Assembly (NCBI RefSeq): GCF_003231495.1
Contig: NZ_PQWO01000005.1
Span: 210,001-242,000 of the forward strand
Reading direction: 5' to 3'
DNA: 32,000 bases
Origin: Acaryochloris thomasi RCC1774
Lineage (GTDB): Bacteria; Cyanobacteriota; Cyanobacteriia; Thermosynechococcales; Thermosynechococcaceae
The notes under the pieces are model-generated. The model was not told where the DNA came from. It did not search any database and saw only the letters and a program-made list of their open reading frames with translations. Both the position numbers and the translations under genes were made by a program. Positions 1-7,900 of this stretch are shown in pieces. Each line of letters starts with the position of its first letter. The stretch's first letter is position 1.

Positions 1-1507
1 TCAAGCAGCCCACAACTCCAGAAGCAACCAGCTCAATTCCGGCTAGCCGCAGATTTGCTATGGGGGGCAGCAGCGCCAAGCTGGTCATCAAGAAAGGCGT
101 CAGTAGCGTCACCACCATCAAGATCACCATCGGCACAGCCATCGCCCAGGCTACCTCTGGGGTCCGTTTTGTCTTGGGCTGAATATCCCCTAAAAAGACG
201 AGGCGAAAGACGCGAATCAGGTTGATGGCAGACAGAACATTTACAAACAGCACGACCACCACGTACCAAGGTTCATAGGCTTCAAAAATGGCGATGCCCT
301 CTTCTAAAGCCCAGAAGCCGCCCAACGGGAATAAACCGATCAGACCCAGTGAGCCGATGATGTAAGACATTGTGGTGACCGGCATCCGTGACCATAGACC
401 GCCTAAACCTCGCAGGTCCTGACTATTGGTATTGAGAATAATGGCCCCGACGCACATGAATAGCAGACCCTTTGCGATCGCATGGGTCAGCAATATCAAC
501 AGCGCCACATTGGTCCACTTCAGCCCCACCGCCATAAACACAAGACCCAGGTAAGCGCTACTGGAGTGGGACAGGGTGCGCTTGAGGTCGATTTGTGCGA
601 TCGCCATCATCGACGTACCGATAGCCGTCACCGCCCCGACAATGATCAGCGCATCTTGCGCGATGGGAGACAGCGCAACCAAAGGCTGCAGCTTAATTAA
701 GATATAGGCACCACAGGACAGCACCACCGTATTTCGCATGATCGATGCTGGGTTTGCCCCCTCCATCGCCTCGTCAAGCCACAGATTGAGCGGGAACTGC
801 GCGCACTTGCCGATTGGACCTGCAATTAAGCAGAAACCCAAAAACGTTGCCACGATGGGCGATAAATTTGCAGTCTCCTTCCATTCATACAGCTCAGGAA
901 AGTTGAGAGTGCCGGAGAAAGTCGCCAGCGACACCATCCCCGACAGCAGCAAAATATCACCGACCCGCTTGGTTAAAAACGCATCTCGGGCCGCCGTAAC
1001 CACCAGCGGCTGAGCATACCAGAAACCCACAATCAAAAATGTCGAGAGCGTCAGCATCTCTAATAGGGCATAGCTCAACAGCAGCGAATCGCTAATGGCT
1101 AAACCGCTTAACGCCCCCTCAAAGAACCCCATCAAAGTGAAAAATCGAGCGACGGACCAGTCTTTTTCCATGTAGCCCAGCGCGTAGAGCTGAGCCAGCA
1201 AACTCATGCCCGTCACCAACTCCATCACCCCCAGCGTCGTGGATGAAAGATGAATCCAAAACGTGAAGTCAATATCTGCAACCTGCAGCCAAGGAAATTT
1301 GAGCGTAACGTCAGCAAAATGCAGCGATGCCTGAAACGCCAAAGTTCCATGCGCGAACGCCAGCAGCGTCATCAATAGATTGACGTAGGCTGCGGGTCTT
1401 GGTCCCGTTCGCTTCACCAATCCCGACGCCCACGGAATCGAAAGGGCCGAACCAATAAAGCAATAAATCGGAATTAACCAGCTTGTTTGTAGGAGCAGTT
1501 GACTCAT
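1..1507 (-). CDS. ndhF: NDH-1 antiporter-like subunit NdhF, CO2-uptake (NdhF3/NdhF4) class; 3' end runs off the window
   Basis: Missing from the ORF track because no stop codon lies in the window. The reverse complement from the ATG (complement of 1505-1507) reads MSQLLLQTSWLIPIYCFIGSALSIPWASGLVKRTGPRPAAYVNLLMTLLAFAHG...KCAQFPLNLWLDEAMEGANPAS...LTHAIAKGLLFMCVGA and stays open to base 1 (about 502 codons). These are NuoL/NdhF family motifs. I associate the RTGPRPAAY N-terminus with NdhF3/F4 rather than NdhF1. F3 versus F4 cannot be resolved by eye; the position beside the ccm genes favours F3. Confidence 0.85.
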   Translation of the reverse strand, partial: MSQLLLQTSWLIPIYCFIGSALSIPWASGLVKRTGPRPAAYVNLLMTLLAFAHGTLAFQASLHFADVTLKFPWLQVADIDFTFWIHLSSTTLGVMELVTGMSLLAQLYALGYMEKDWSVARFFTLMGFFEGALSGLAISDSLLLSYALLEMLTLSTFLIVGFWYAQPLVVTAARDAFLTKRVGDILLLSGMVSLATFSGTLNFPELYEWKETANLSPIVATFLGFCLIAGPIGKCAQFPLNLWLDEAMEGANPASIMRNTVVLSCGAYILIKLQPLVALSPIAQDALIIVGAVTAIGTSMMAIAQIDLKRTLSHSSSAYLGLVFMAVGLKWTNVALLILLTHAIAKGLLFMCVGAIILNTNSQDLRGLGGLWSRMPVTTMSYIIGSLGLIGLFPLGGFWALEEGIAIFEAYEPWYVVVVLFVNVLSAINLIRVFRLVFLGDIQPKTKRTPEVAWAMAVPMVILMVVTLLTPFLMTSLALLPPIANLRLAGIELVASGVVGCL

Positions 1508-1849
1508 CAAAATGTCCAGAGAGATGGCAGTTTGTAACCCTTCACCCGCACCTATTCTCTCTAGGCAGTACAGTCAAAGGCGGTCTCCAATCCATGACGC
1601 GACTGGGAGACGACCAGCTTCCAATTTCATTCCTTATCAAGGCCCGACGCCCTGCCTGAAAACGGAGGCTAGCGTTAACCATTATTTCACGTAACTTTAC
1701 GTTTCTCTAAGCTTTGCCTAAGAGGCGCGACCAATTTTCACAGATAACCCACCGCCCCGCAGGCACCCTGAGTATATTTGCTCACCGCCCGTCATCCCTA
1801 AACTACGGCGCTTCGGGGGGTTGAAGTGTCTAAATTTACTTTATTAGCT

Positions 1850-1879
1850 TTGCTGATGTATGAAATTTGAAAATATAAT
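1850..1879 (+). promoter_or_regulatory. candidate sigma70-type promoter for the ccm operon (TTGCTG, 18 nt, TATAAT)
   Basis: A perfect TATAAT at 1874-1879 is paired with TTGCTG at 1850-1855, about 175 nt upstream of the ccmK2 ATG. It overlaps the palindrome ATATAA-N7-TTATAT (1873-1891). This rests on sequence pattern only. Confidence 0.3.
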
Positions 1880-2053
1880 CCACTCTTATATTGCCAAAGG
1901 AACATCTCTAATCATATTCTTAAGTTGGTGTTAAGACTTGCAACTACGGCGCTGAGCGCCAACCCAGTATTGCCAAGAACTATCACAGCCCTGATGTCCA
2001 GCGAGATGTTGACATCGGGTTTAAACCTGTAAAGCATTTCTGTGGAGGAAATT

Positions 2054-2362
2054 ATGCCAATTGCTGTTGGAATGGTGGAAACAAAAGGCTTCCCGGCTGT
2101 TGTTGAAGCCGCCGATGCGATGGTTAAAGCTGCCCGCGTCACCCTAGTCGGTTACGAGAAGATTGGCAGCGGTCGCGTGACGGTTATTGTTCGAGGCGAT
2201 GTCTCTGAGGTTCAGGCGTCTGTTTCTGCTGGCATTGAGAACGTTAAGCGCGTTAACGGCGGCGAAGTGCTCTCAACACACATCATCGCGCGTCCCCACG
2301 AAAACCTGGAATACGTACTGCCGATGAGCTACACAGAATCGGTGGAGCAGTTTAGAACCTAG
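2054..2362 (+). CDS. ccmK2: carboxysome shell hexamer protein CcmK (short, CcmK2-like, 102 aa)
   Basis: Single BMC domain: [58 protein letters not shown] prefer the ATG at 2054, with GGAGGA at 2044-2049, over the GTG at 2042 used by the track. The order short K then long K matches the ccmK2-ccmK1 layout known from Synechocystis. Confidence 0.93.
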   Translation: MPIAVGMVETKGFPAVVEAADAMVKAARVTLVGYEKIGSGRVTVIVRGDVSEVQASVSAGIENVKRVNGGEVLSTHIIARPHENLEYVLPMSYTESVEQFRT

Positions 2363-2466
2363 ATGATGCTGGCGATTTGGTGATTTTTTGGATCCACAGC
2401 GTGCAGATCCCCACCCATCGCTACCTCATCGTTTTTAGAACTCAAACTTGCAAGGGAGAAAATTAA

Positions 2467-2808
2467 ATGTCAATTGCTGTAGGTATGGTAGAAACCTTAG
2501 GTTTCCCAGCCGTTGTTGAAGCTGCTGATGCGATGGTCAAGGCCGCGCGAGTCACGCTGGTCGGCTACGAAAAAATCGGAAGCGGTCGCGTCACCGTAAT
2601 TGTTCGAGGCGATGTCTCCGAAGTTCAGGCCTCTGTCGCTGCTGGAATCGAGAACGTGAAGCGCGTTAATGGCGGTCAGGTGTTGTCTACACACATCATT
2701 GCCCGTCCGCACGAGAACCTCGAGTACGTGCTGCCGATGCGCTACACCGAAGAAGTGGAGCAGTTCCGCGAGAGCGTTCAGGGTATCCGCCCTCTCCCTA
2801 GGGCGTAA
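2467..2808 (+). CDS. ccmK1: carboxysome shell hexamer protein CcmK (long, CcmK1-like, 113 aa with C-terminal tail)
   Basis: The BMC domain is almost identical in protein sequence to the upstream paralogue, plus a C-terminal extension [19 protein letters not shown] lies upstream of the ATG. Confidence 0.93.
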   Translation: MSIAVGMVETLGFPAVVEAADAMVKAARVTLVGYEKIGSGRVTVIVRGDVSEVQASVAAGIENVKRVNGGQVLSTHIIARPHENLEYVLPMRYTEEVEQFRESVQGIRPLPRA

Positions 2809-2814
2809 GATTCG

Positions 2815-3108
2815 ATGCAGCTTGCAAAAGTTTTGGGCACCGTTGTCAGTACTCAAAAAGATCCGAGCCTCACCGGCTGCAAGCTGTTGCTATTGCAGTT
2901 CATTGACGAATCTGGCGAGCTACTTCCGAGTTACGAAGTGGCGGCAGATTTTGTCGGAGCGGGAACGGATGAGTGGGTGTTGGTGAGTCGTGGCAGCGCG
3001 GCTCGCCAGAGTGAACGCAGTGATGGTCGTGCCCTAGATGCCCTAGTGGTGGCGATTGTTGACACGGTCACGGTGAATAATAGCTCGCTGTACAAGAAGT
3101 ATCAGTAG
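2815..3108 (+). CDS. ccmL: carboxysome vertex pentamer protein CcmL (EutN/CcmL family)
   Basis: 97 aa, MQLAKVLGTVVSTQKDPSLTGCKLLLLQ...WVLVSRGSAARQ. This is a typical EutN/CcmL fold sequence in the canonical position after ccmK. Confidence 0.92.
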   Translation: MQLAKVLGTVVSTQKDPSLTGCKLLLLQFIDESGELLPSYEVAADFVGAGTDEWVLVSRGSAARQSERSDGRALDALVVAIVDTVTVNNSSLYKKYQ

Positions 3109-3148
3109 GCTTCCCCCATCGGTTCTGTCCAGTTAGGAGATATCTATC

Positions 3149-5128
3149 ATGGTGGTTCGACATCCTGCGGCCCCGTCGCAGCGTTCAGCCAACCCCAATA
3201 TTGATCCGACGGCCTCTATTCATGCCTCTTCTCCCCTGGTGGGAGATATTCGCGTTTCAGCCAATGTTGTGATTGGTCCGGGCGCGTCGATTCAGGCAGG
3301 CAAGGGTCAGTCTTTTCACATTGGCCCCTCAACGAACGTTCAAAACGGCGTTGTGATTCAGGGCTTAGAACAGGGACAAGTGCAGGGTAAGGATCAGCAG
3401 TCGTATTCGGTGTGGATTGGTCAAAACACATCGATTACCCACATGGCTCTGGTGCATGGGCCGGTCTCTATTGGCGATAGCTGCTTTATTGGATTTCGCT
3501 CAACTATTTTCAATGCTCGGGTGGGGGATGGCTGCATCGTGATGATGCACGCCTTAATTCAGGATGTTGAGATTCCGCCGGGCAAGTTTGTGCCGTCAGG
3601 GGCCGTGATTACGACCCAAGAGCAGGCCGACCGCCTCTCTGATGTCCAGTCTGCTGATGTTGAGTTTGCCAGCCGCATTGCCGGCGTTAATCAAGCCGGT
3701 TCTCATCCTGAAGAAAAAGCAATTCGTAATGAAAGTCGTCAACCGTCCTACCAAGGGGGCAATCAATTGAGCCATTCCTCAAGTTCCGATATTTTGTCTC
3801 AGGTTCAGCAACTGCTGCGCCAGGGCTATCAAGTTAGTACTGAGTTTGCCAACGCGCGCCGATTTAAGGCCAATGCCTGGAATACAGGGGGTGCGATCGC
3901 ATCCAATCAAGCATCATCTGTAATGTCAGAACTTGAATCTGTCCTAGCGGAGCATCAAGGCGAGTATGTTCGCCTCGTAGGCATTGATCCTCAAGCCAAG
4001 CGTCGCGTTCTCGAAACCGTTATTCAACGTCCCGGCGAAGAAGTGAACGTGAGTTCGGGGTCACAATCATATTCAGCTGCCCCCGTTCGTCCTGCGGCCC
4101 AGCCCGCCTTTAACAAGCTGAAGTCGACAGATGTTGCCGGTCAGGTCCGCCAGCTTCTCAATCAGGGATATACGATTGGGACCGAGCATGCCAGCCCGCG
4201 TCGGTTCAAGGCTAATGCCTGGCATACCTGCTCTCCCATTAAGTCCCAGCGGGAAGCCGATGTTTTGATTGGCCTGGATGAGTGCGTTGCTGAGCATCCC
4301 GGTGAGTATATTCGTTTAATTGGGATTGATGCTCAAGCCAAGCGACGGGTTGCAGAAATTATTATCTATCGCCCCGTTAAGGGAGCTTCTCCCCAGGCAG
4401 CGAAGAATAACGCTGCGCCCATCTCTCGATCTGCTTCCGGGTCTTCTTCTGCGCCTGCAGCAAATGATCCCTATCCTTCAGTGGACCCTGATATCGCCAC
4501 TCGCGTGCGTCAGCTTCTGGGCCAGGGCTATCGAATTGGGACCGAACATGCCAGCCCACGGCGGTTCCGTGCCAATGCCTGGAATAGCTGCGCTCCCATT
4601 GAATCTCAACGTCCTGCAGAGGTAATGGCGGCACTGGAAGCCTGCGCTGCTGAGCATCCCGGTGAATATATTCGCCTGATTGGCATTGATACTCAGGCAA
4701 AGCGACGCGTTGAAGAGCAGATTATTCAGCGTCCGGGTGAGCAATCTTCTTCTCATTCTGCAGGTAATGCTGGGCGGAATGGGTATTCTTCATCTTCAGC
4801 AAAGCCTGGGCCACCAACCTACAGCCAGTCCTCTAGCATGGGTTCGTCTTCTCCGAGAGCCACGACCGCTATCCAGTCAGACGTGGCCTCTAAGGTGCGT
4901 CAGCTATTAGCGCAGGGACACAAGATCGGGACCGAACATGCCGATAAGCGACGGTTCCGCGCCAATGCTTGGCATAGCTGTGCGCCCATTGAAGCGAAGC
5001 AAGAATCTGCTGTGATGTCAGCGTTAGAGAGCTGCTTGAATGAGCATTCGGGTGAGTATGTTCGTATCGTGGGCATTGATACGAAGGCGAAGCGGCGGGT
5101 GCTGGAATCGGTGATTCAAAGACCCTAG
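3149..5128 (+). CDS. ccmM: carboxysome organising protein CcmM (gamma-carbonic-anhydrase-like N-domain plus four RbcS-like SSUL modules)
   Basis: 659 aa. The N-terminus is a left-handed beta-helix gamma-CA-like domain ([11 protein letters not shown]...[39 protein letters not shown]). Four repeats of the type VRQLLxQGYxIGTEHAxxRRFxANAW...[17 protein letters not shown] follow, separated by S/P/A-rich linkers. Confidence 0.95.
   Translation: MVVRHPAAPSQRSANPNIDPTASIHASSPLVGDIRVSANVVIGPGASIQAGKGQSFHIGPSTNVQNGVVIQGLEQGQVQGKDQQSYSVWIGQNTSITHMALVHGPVSIGDSCFIGFRSTIFNARVGDGCIVMMHALIQDVEIPPGKFVPSGAVITTQEQADRLSDVQSADVEFASRIAGVNQAGSHPEEKAIRNESRQPSYQGGNQLSHSSSSDILSQVQQLLRQGYQVSTEFANARRFKANAWNTGGAIASNQASSVMSELESVLAEHQGEYVRLVGIDPQAKRRVLETVIQRPGEEVNVSSGSQSYSAAPVRPAAQPAFNKLKSTDVAGQVRQLLNQGYTIGTEHASPRRFKANAWHTCSPIKSQREADVLIGLDECVAEHPGEYIRLIGIDAQAKRRVAEIIIYRPVKGASPQAAKNNAAPISRSASGSSSAPAANDPYPSVDPDIATRVRQLLGQGYRIGTEHASPRRFRANAWNSCAPIESQRPAEVMAALEACAAEHPGEYIRLIGIDTQAKRRVEEQIIQRPGEQSSSHSAGNAGRNGYSSSSAKPGPPTYSQSSSMGSSSPRATTAIQSDVASKVRQLLAQGHKIGTEHADKRRFRANAWHSCAPIEAKQESAVMSALESCLNEHSGEYVRIVGIDTKAKRRVLESVIQRP
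3788..5125 (+). repeat. four tandem SSUL (Rubisco small-subunit-like) coding modules inside ccmM
   Basis: The modules start at 3788, 4130, 4490 and 4880 and end at 4033, 4375, 4735 and 5125. The repeats are visible at both protein and DNA level, and they generate several spurious ORFs in other frames of the track. Confidence 0.9.
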
Positions 5129-5149
5129 CGTTCTGTTATCTGAGCGCTG

Positions 5150-5674
5150 ATGGAGATGCCCATGAATCAGGTCCAGATGAGCGGGGATGTGGTTGTTGAT
5201 GGAGATGTTGCGATCGCAACCAATGTCCTCCTCCTCGCCGATCCCGGCAGTCGGTTGGTGATTGGTGCGGGTGTTTCCATTGGCACCGGTAGCATTATTC
5301 ATGCCCATCACGGCACCTTAGCCATTGGTGAAGGGGCAACCCTCGCCTCTGAAGTGTTAGTGGTGGGCAAAGGCCGGATTGGTAGCCGAGCTAACATCGG
5401 CCCTAAAACTACAATATTCAACGGCAACGTCGAGCCGGGACAGGTGATTCCCGCCGGTTCACTGTTGGGTGAGTTAGGTCGTCAAAGTGCTGCATCCCCC
5501 GACGCCACGGTTGCACCGCCTGAAGAACCTGCTAGATTTAATGAACCGGCCCCGCCGAATGGGTTAGTTTCGGGGTACTCGACCACATCTTTAGCGCAGA
5601 CCTCCGTGGTCTTTGGGCGAGATCATATCGAACGCATGTTGAACAAACTGCTACCCCATCGGCCCGGTTCATAA
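5150..5674 (+). CDS. ccmN: carboxysome assembly protein CcmN
   Basis: 174 aa. It has an N-terminal hexapeptide-repeat beta-helix (VVVDGDVAIATNVLLLADPGSRLVIGAGVSIGTGSIIHA...), a P/A-rich linker and a C-terminal amphipathic segment VVFGRDHIERMLNKLL that resembles the CcmN encapsulation peptide. It sits in the canonical position after ccmM. Confidence 0.88.
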   Translation: MEMPMNQVQMSGDVVVDGDVAIATNVLLLADPGSRLVIGAGVSIGTGSIIHAHHGTLAIGEGATLASEVLVVGKGRIGSRANIGPKTTIFNGNVEPGQVIPAGSLLGELGRQSAASPDATVAPPEEPARFNEPAPPNGLVSGYSTTSLAQTSVVFGRDHIERMLNKLLPHRPGS

Positions 5675-5691
5675 CCCTTCTGAGATCTTCC

Positions 5692-6432
5692 ATGACCGGA
5701 CAGGAGCAGACCCAAAATCAATGGCGTGATACAGCCTTAGGATTAGTCTCGACCCAGAGCTTCCCGGCCATTGTGGGTATTGCCGACACGATGCTAAAGT
5801 CTGCCAGCGTTGCCCTAATTGGGTATGAAAAAATTGGAGGCGGCTACTGTACCGCCATTGTGCGGGGACGCACCGCTGATGTGCGTTTAGCCGTCCAGTC
5901 TGGTGTTGAGATGGCTGAGCAGTTTGGACAGAGAGCCACCAGTTTAGTCGTGCCTCGCCCCTTGCCTAATTTAGAAGCGGTATTGCCCATCAGCGGTCGT
6001 CTGTCGCAGCTTGCTCAGGGCGGCGGCAATAGTCAGTTGAGCCATCTAGCTGTGGGGCTACTAGAAACCCGAGGATTTCCGGCGATGGTAGGGGCTGCCG
6101 ACGCCATGCTAAAGTCTGCCGACGTGCATTTAGCGGCTCACGAAAAAATTGGATCAGGGTTGTGTACTGCTATTATTCGCGGAACGGTGGCGAATGTGGC
6201 CGTCGCCGTTGATGTAGGGATGCATGAAGCCGAGCGTATTGGTGAACTCACCGCCGTCATGGTCATTCCTCGACCGCTGGACGATCTCGAACAGACCTTA
6301 CCGATTGCGAGCTGCTGGATTGAGAAGCCGATGGAGATTCCATTAAAGATCGAAGAGAAGGTACAAGAGACCGAAGAACTCTTGATTGCATTGCCTGATC
6401 TGCAGCAGCTTCAAATTCCAGACGATCGCTAG
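5692..6432 (+). CDS. ccmO: tandem-BMC-domain carboxysome shell protein CcmO
   Basis: 246 aa with two BMC domains (LGLVSTQSFPAIVGIADTMLKSASVALIGYEKIGGGYCTAIVRG and VGLLETRGFPAMVGAADAMLKSADVHLAAHEKIGSGLCTAIIRG). Confidence 0.9.
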   Translation: MTGQEQTQNQWRDTALGLVSTQSFPAIVGIADTMLKSASVALIGYEKIGGGYCTAIVRGRTADVRLAVQSGVEMAEQFGQRATSLVVPRPLPNLEAVLPISGRLSQLAQGGGNSQLSHLAVGLLETRGFPAMVGAADAMLKSADVHLAAHEKIGSGLCTAIIRGTVANVAVAVDVGMHEAERIGELTAVMVIPRPLDDLEQTLPIASCWIEKPMEIPLKIEEKVQETEELLIALPDLQQLQIPDDR

Positions 6433-6464
6433 CCAAATTCCTATATCTGCGCTTCGCTCTAGCT

Positions 6465-6490
6465 ATCTGGGGGCGGATTCACCCCCAGAT
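6465..6490 (+). terminator. stem-loop downstream of ccmO (possible operon terminator or RNA-stabilising hairpin)
   Basis: A perfect 9-bp stem, ATCTGGGGG (6465-6473) with CCCCCAGAT (6482-6490), encloses an 8-nt loop 33 nt after the ccmO stop. It is followed by an A-run rather than a T-run, so it is not a textbook intrinsic terminator. Confidence 0.45.
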
Positions 6491-6538
6491 AAAAGACAAC
6501 TAGAATAGGAGCGTCAGTCAATTTTGGATTTGTCAGCC

Positions 6539-6778
6539 ATGAATGCAAGTAAGGTTGGCCGACGCGGGCAAATCACAATCCCGCATGGGACTTGTCAGGC
6601 ACTAGATATACAAGAGGGAGATTGTCTTGCTTTTGTTTACAGGGGGGATGAAGTGATCCTGTAGCCTTTGAAGCGCACCCTATCAGATTTTCGAGGCAGT
6701 GTTACAGTCTCTGGTCCTCAGGGCTTTGACGCGATTCGACAACAGGTGCCAATCTCTAAAGCTTTGACTGCACGGTAG
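6539..6778 (+). pseudogene. AbrB/SpoVT-fold (MazE/VapB-like) antitoxin gene interrupted by an in-frame TAG
   Basis: Below the ORF-track size cut-off. The ATG at 6539 gives MNASKVGRRGQITIPHGTCQALDIQEGDCLAFVYRGDEVIL, then a TAG at 6662-6664. The same frame continues PLKRTLSDFRGSVTVSGPQGFDAIRQQVPISKALTAR to the TAG at 6776-6778. The GQITIP...GD...F...VIL pattern is the looped-hinge-helix signature. No toxin gene follows. Confidence 0.55.
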
Positions 6779-6849
6779 ACTCAGAATAGCAGCAGGGTAC
6801 TTTAAAGACAGAAACACATGGCACATAGAGAAGACTGACGCCCATAAAC

Positions 6850-7476
6850 ATGGACAGTAAAGATCAATATACTCAAGAATTTCGTTCTGCAACGGAGTTC
6901 CCGAAAACTATAGATGGGCTGGATAGCTCTGAAGCAGATTTGATGTATCGAGAGATAAGGGCTTACCTCGTACGTACAAACCGAAGCCAAGGACAGCTGA
7001 AACGGTACAACAACGACTATAGAAGCGATATTAAAATCTATAAGACTGAGATAACAGAGCTTCAAAACACTACCAGTCGTCTCCAGCTTGCCATTAACAG
7101 CCTTGCCGCTCAAAAACAAGAAATTTTTCAAGAAAAAGTTGAAGCTATCAATTTACTTGAGGAAGAGATAGGTAACCTCAGCAGCCATCTAGATACTTTG
7201 TCAAATGCGTTTGACGGTATCGTTGGTTTTGACTCTCCAAACGCCCAATGGGGATCTCAAAGTTTCACTCAGAGAGTCTTTGCATTTCTGAAATCTGTTC
7301 GTCAAATTGTTCAGTGGTGGCGAAGAGATAATCCTCAGCCTGTAGTAGAGGGATCTCAGGGAAATGTTTTGCCTTCAGTGATTCAGAATGGCACAAACGA
7401 TGATCGCATAGAAAACCCAAGAATGCATACTGACCCTGCCTCTATTAATAGGGCGCTCAGAGATGATACGGGTTGA
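6850..7476 (+). CDS. hypothetical coiled-coil protein (208 aa), no family recognised
   Basis: Long ORF in an AT-richer segment. The central part is heptad-like (IKIYKTEITELQNTTSRLQLAINSLAAQKQEIFQEKVEAINLLEEEIGNLSSHLDTL). No clear SD sequence. It is followed 9 nt later by the next ORF. Confidence 0.55.
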   Translation: MDSKDQYTQEFRSATEFPKTIDGLDSSEADLMYREIRAYLVRTNRSQGQLKRYNNDYRSDIKIYKTEITELQNTTSRLQLAINSLAAQKQEIFQEKVEAINLLEEEIGNLSSHLDTLSNAFDGIVGFDSPNAQWGSQSFTQRVFAFLKSVRQIVQWWRRDNPQPVVEGSQGNVLPSVIQNGTNDDRIENPRMHTDPASINRALRDDTG

Positions 7477-7485
7477 ATATAAGTC

Positions 7486-7878
7486 ATGGGAAAGAAAAGA
7501 ATTAATGCTCTCTTGAGCAAGTTAAAGAACAATCACCAAAGTGATGTTGAAAACTCTGCCTATATATATGGGCTTGCTCAAGGTGCTGTAAATCGTTTGG
7601 AAGAAGTGGCTGAGCAGCACGTAGATGACACCCTTTTGTTCAGTGAACAAGAGCTGCCCCCAATCGATAAGGAAGAATTAAAGCGAAGGTACGATAGCTA
7701 CATTGGCTGTAGAAGAGCTGCTAAGGAATTAGGTATTCACTTTAGCAAGACACCATCATGGGAAAAGTTAATTTGTGCTTTCAGGTATAGTGAGGCGCTC
7801 AGAAATATTTGCTATCACTATGCCGATCAGAATCCACATCCCTTACTCAATGGATTCACGGTAGATATAGAATTCTAA
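7486..7878 (+). CDS. hypothetical protein (130 aa), no family recognised
   Basis: The ORF lies 9 nt after the previous stop and shares its AT-rich composition, so it is a probable two-gene unit with 6850-7476. Confidence 0.5.
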   Translation: MGKKRINALLSKLKNNHQSDVENSAYIYGLAQGAVNRLEEVAEQHVDDTLLFSEQELPPIDKEELKRRYDSYIGCRRAAKELGIHFSKTPSWEKLICAFRYSEALRNICYHYADQNPHPLLNGFTVDIEF

Positions 7879-7900
7879 ATGACCAAGGTTGGGTAGAGAA

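Noticed and set aside
33-269. Track ORF (78 aa, minus strand) at the left edge
   Set aside because: It is in a different frame from the long uninterrupted NdhF reading frame that covers 1-1507 on the same strand. Its sequence is R/G/D-rich and not protein-like. The real gene is the unlisted edge-truncated ndhF.
482-1013. Plus-strand ORFs 482-700 and 738-1013
   Set aside because: They are antisense to the ndhF coding region, carry no recognisable motifs, and are typical shadow ORFs of a GC-rich gene.
1512-1694. 60-aa plus-strand ORF in the ndhF-ccmK intergenic region
   Set aside because: It has no SD, a low-complexity P/S/R-rich translation, and starts 5 nt from the divergent ndhF start. It is more likely promoter or UTR sequence.
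2042-2053. GTG start at 2042 for ccmK2 (track)
   Set aside because: It adds MEEI before the conserved [11 protein letters not shown]-terminus, and the GGAGGA that would serve as the SD for the ATG at 2054 lies inside it.
2497-2986. ORFs 2497-2856 (minus) and 2669-2986 (plus) overlapping ccmK1/ccmL
   Set aside because: They are alternative frames of strongly recognisable shell-protein genes and have no motifs of their own.
3216-5311. Seven short ORFs in other frames or on the other strand within ccmM and ccmN
   Set aside because: They are by-products of the repeated, GC-rich SSUL modules. ccmM and ccmN fully explain the region.
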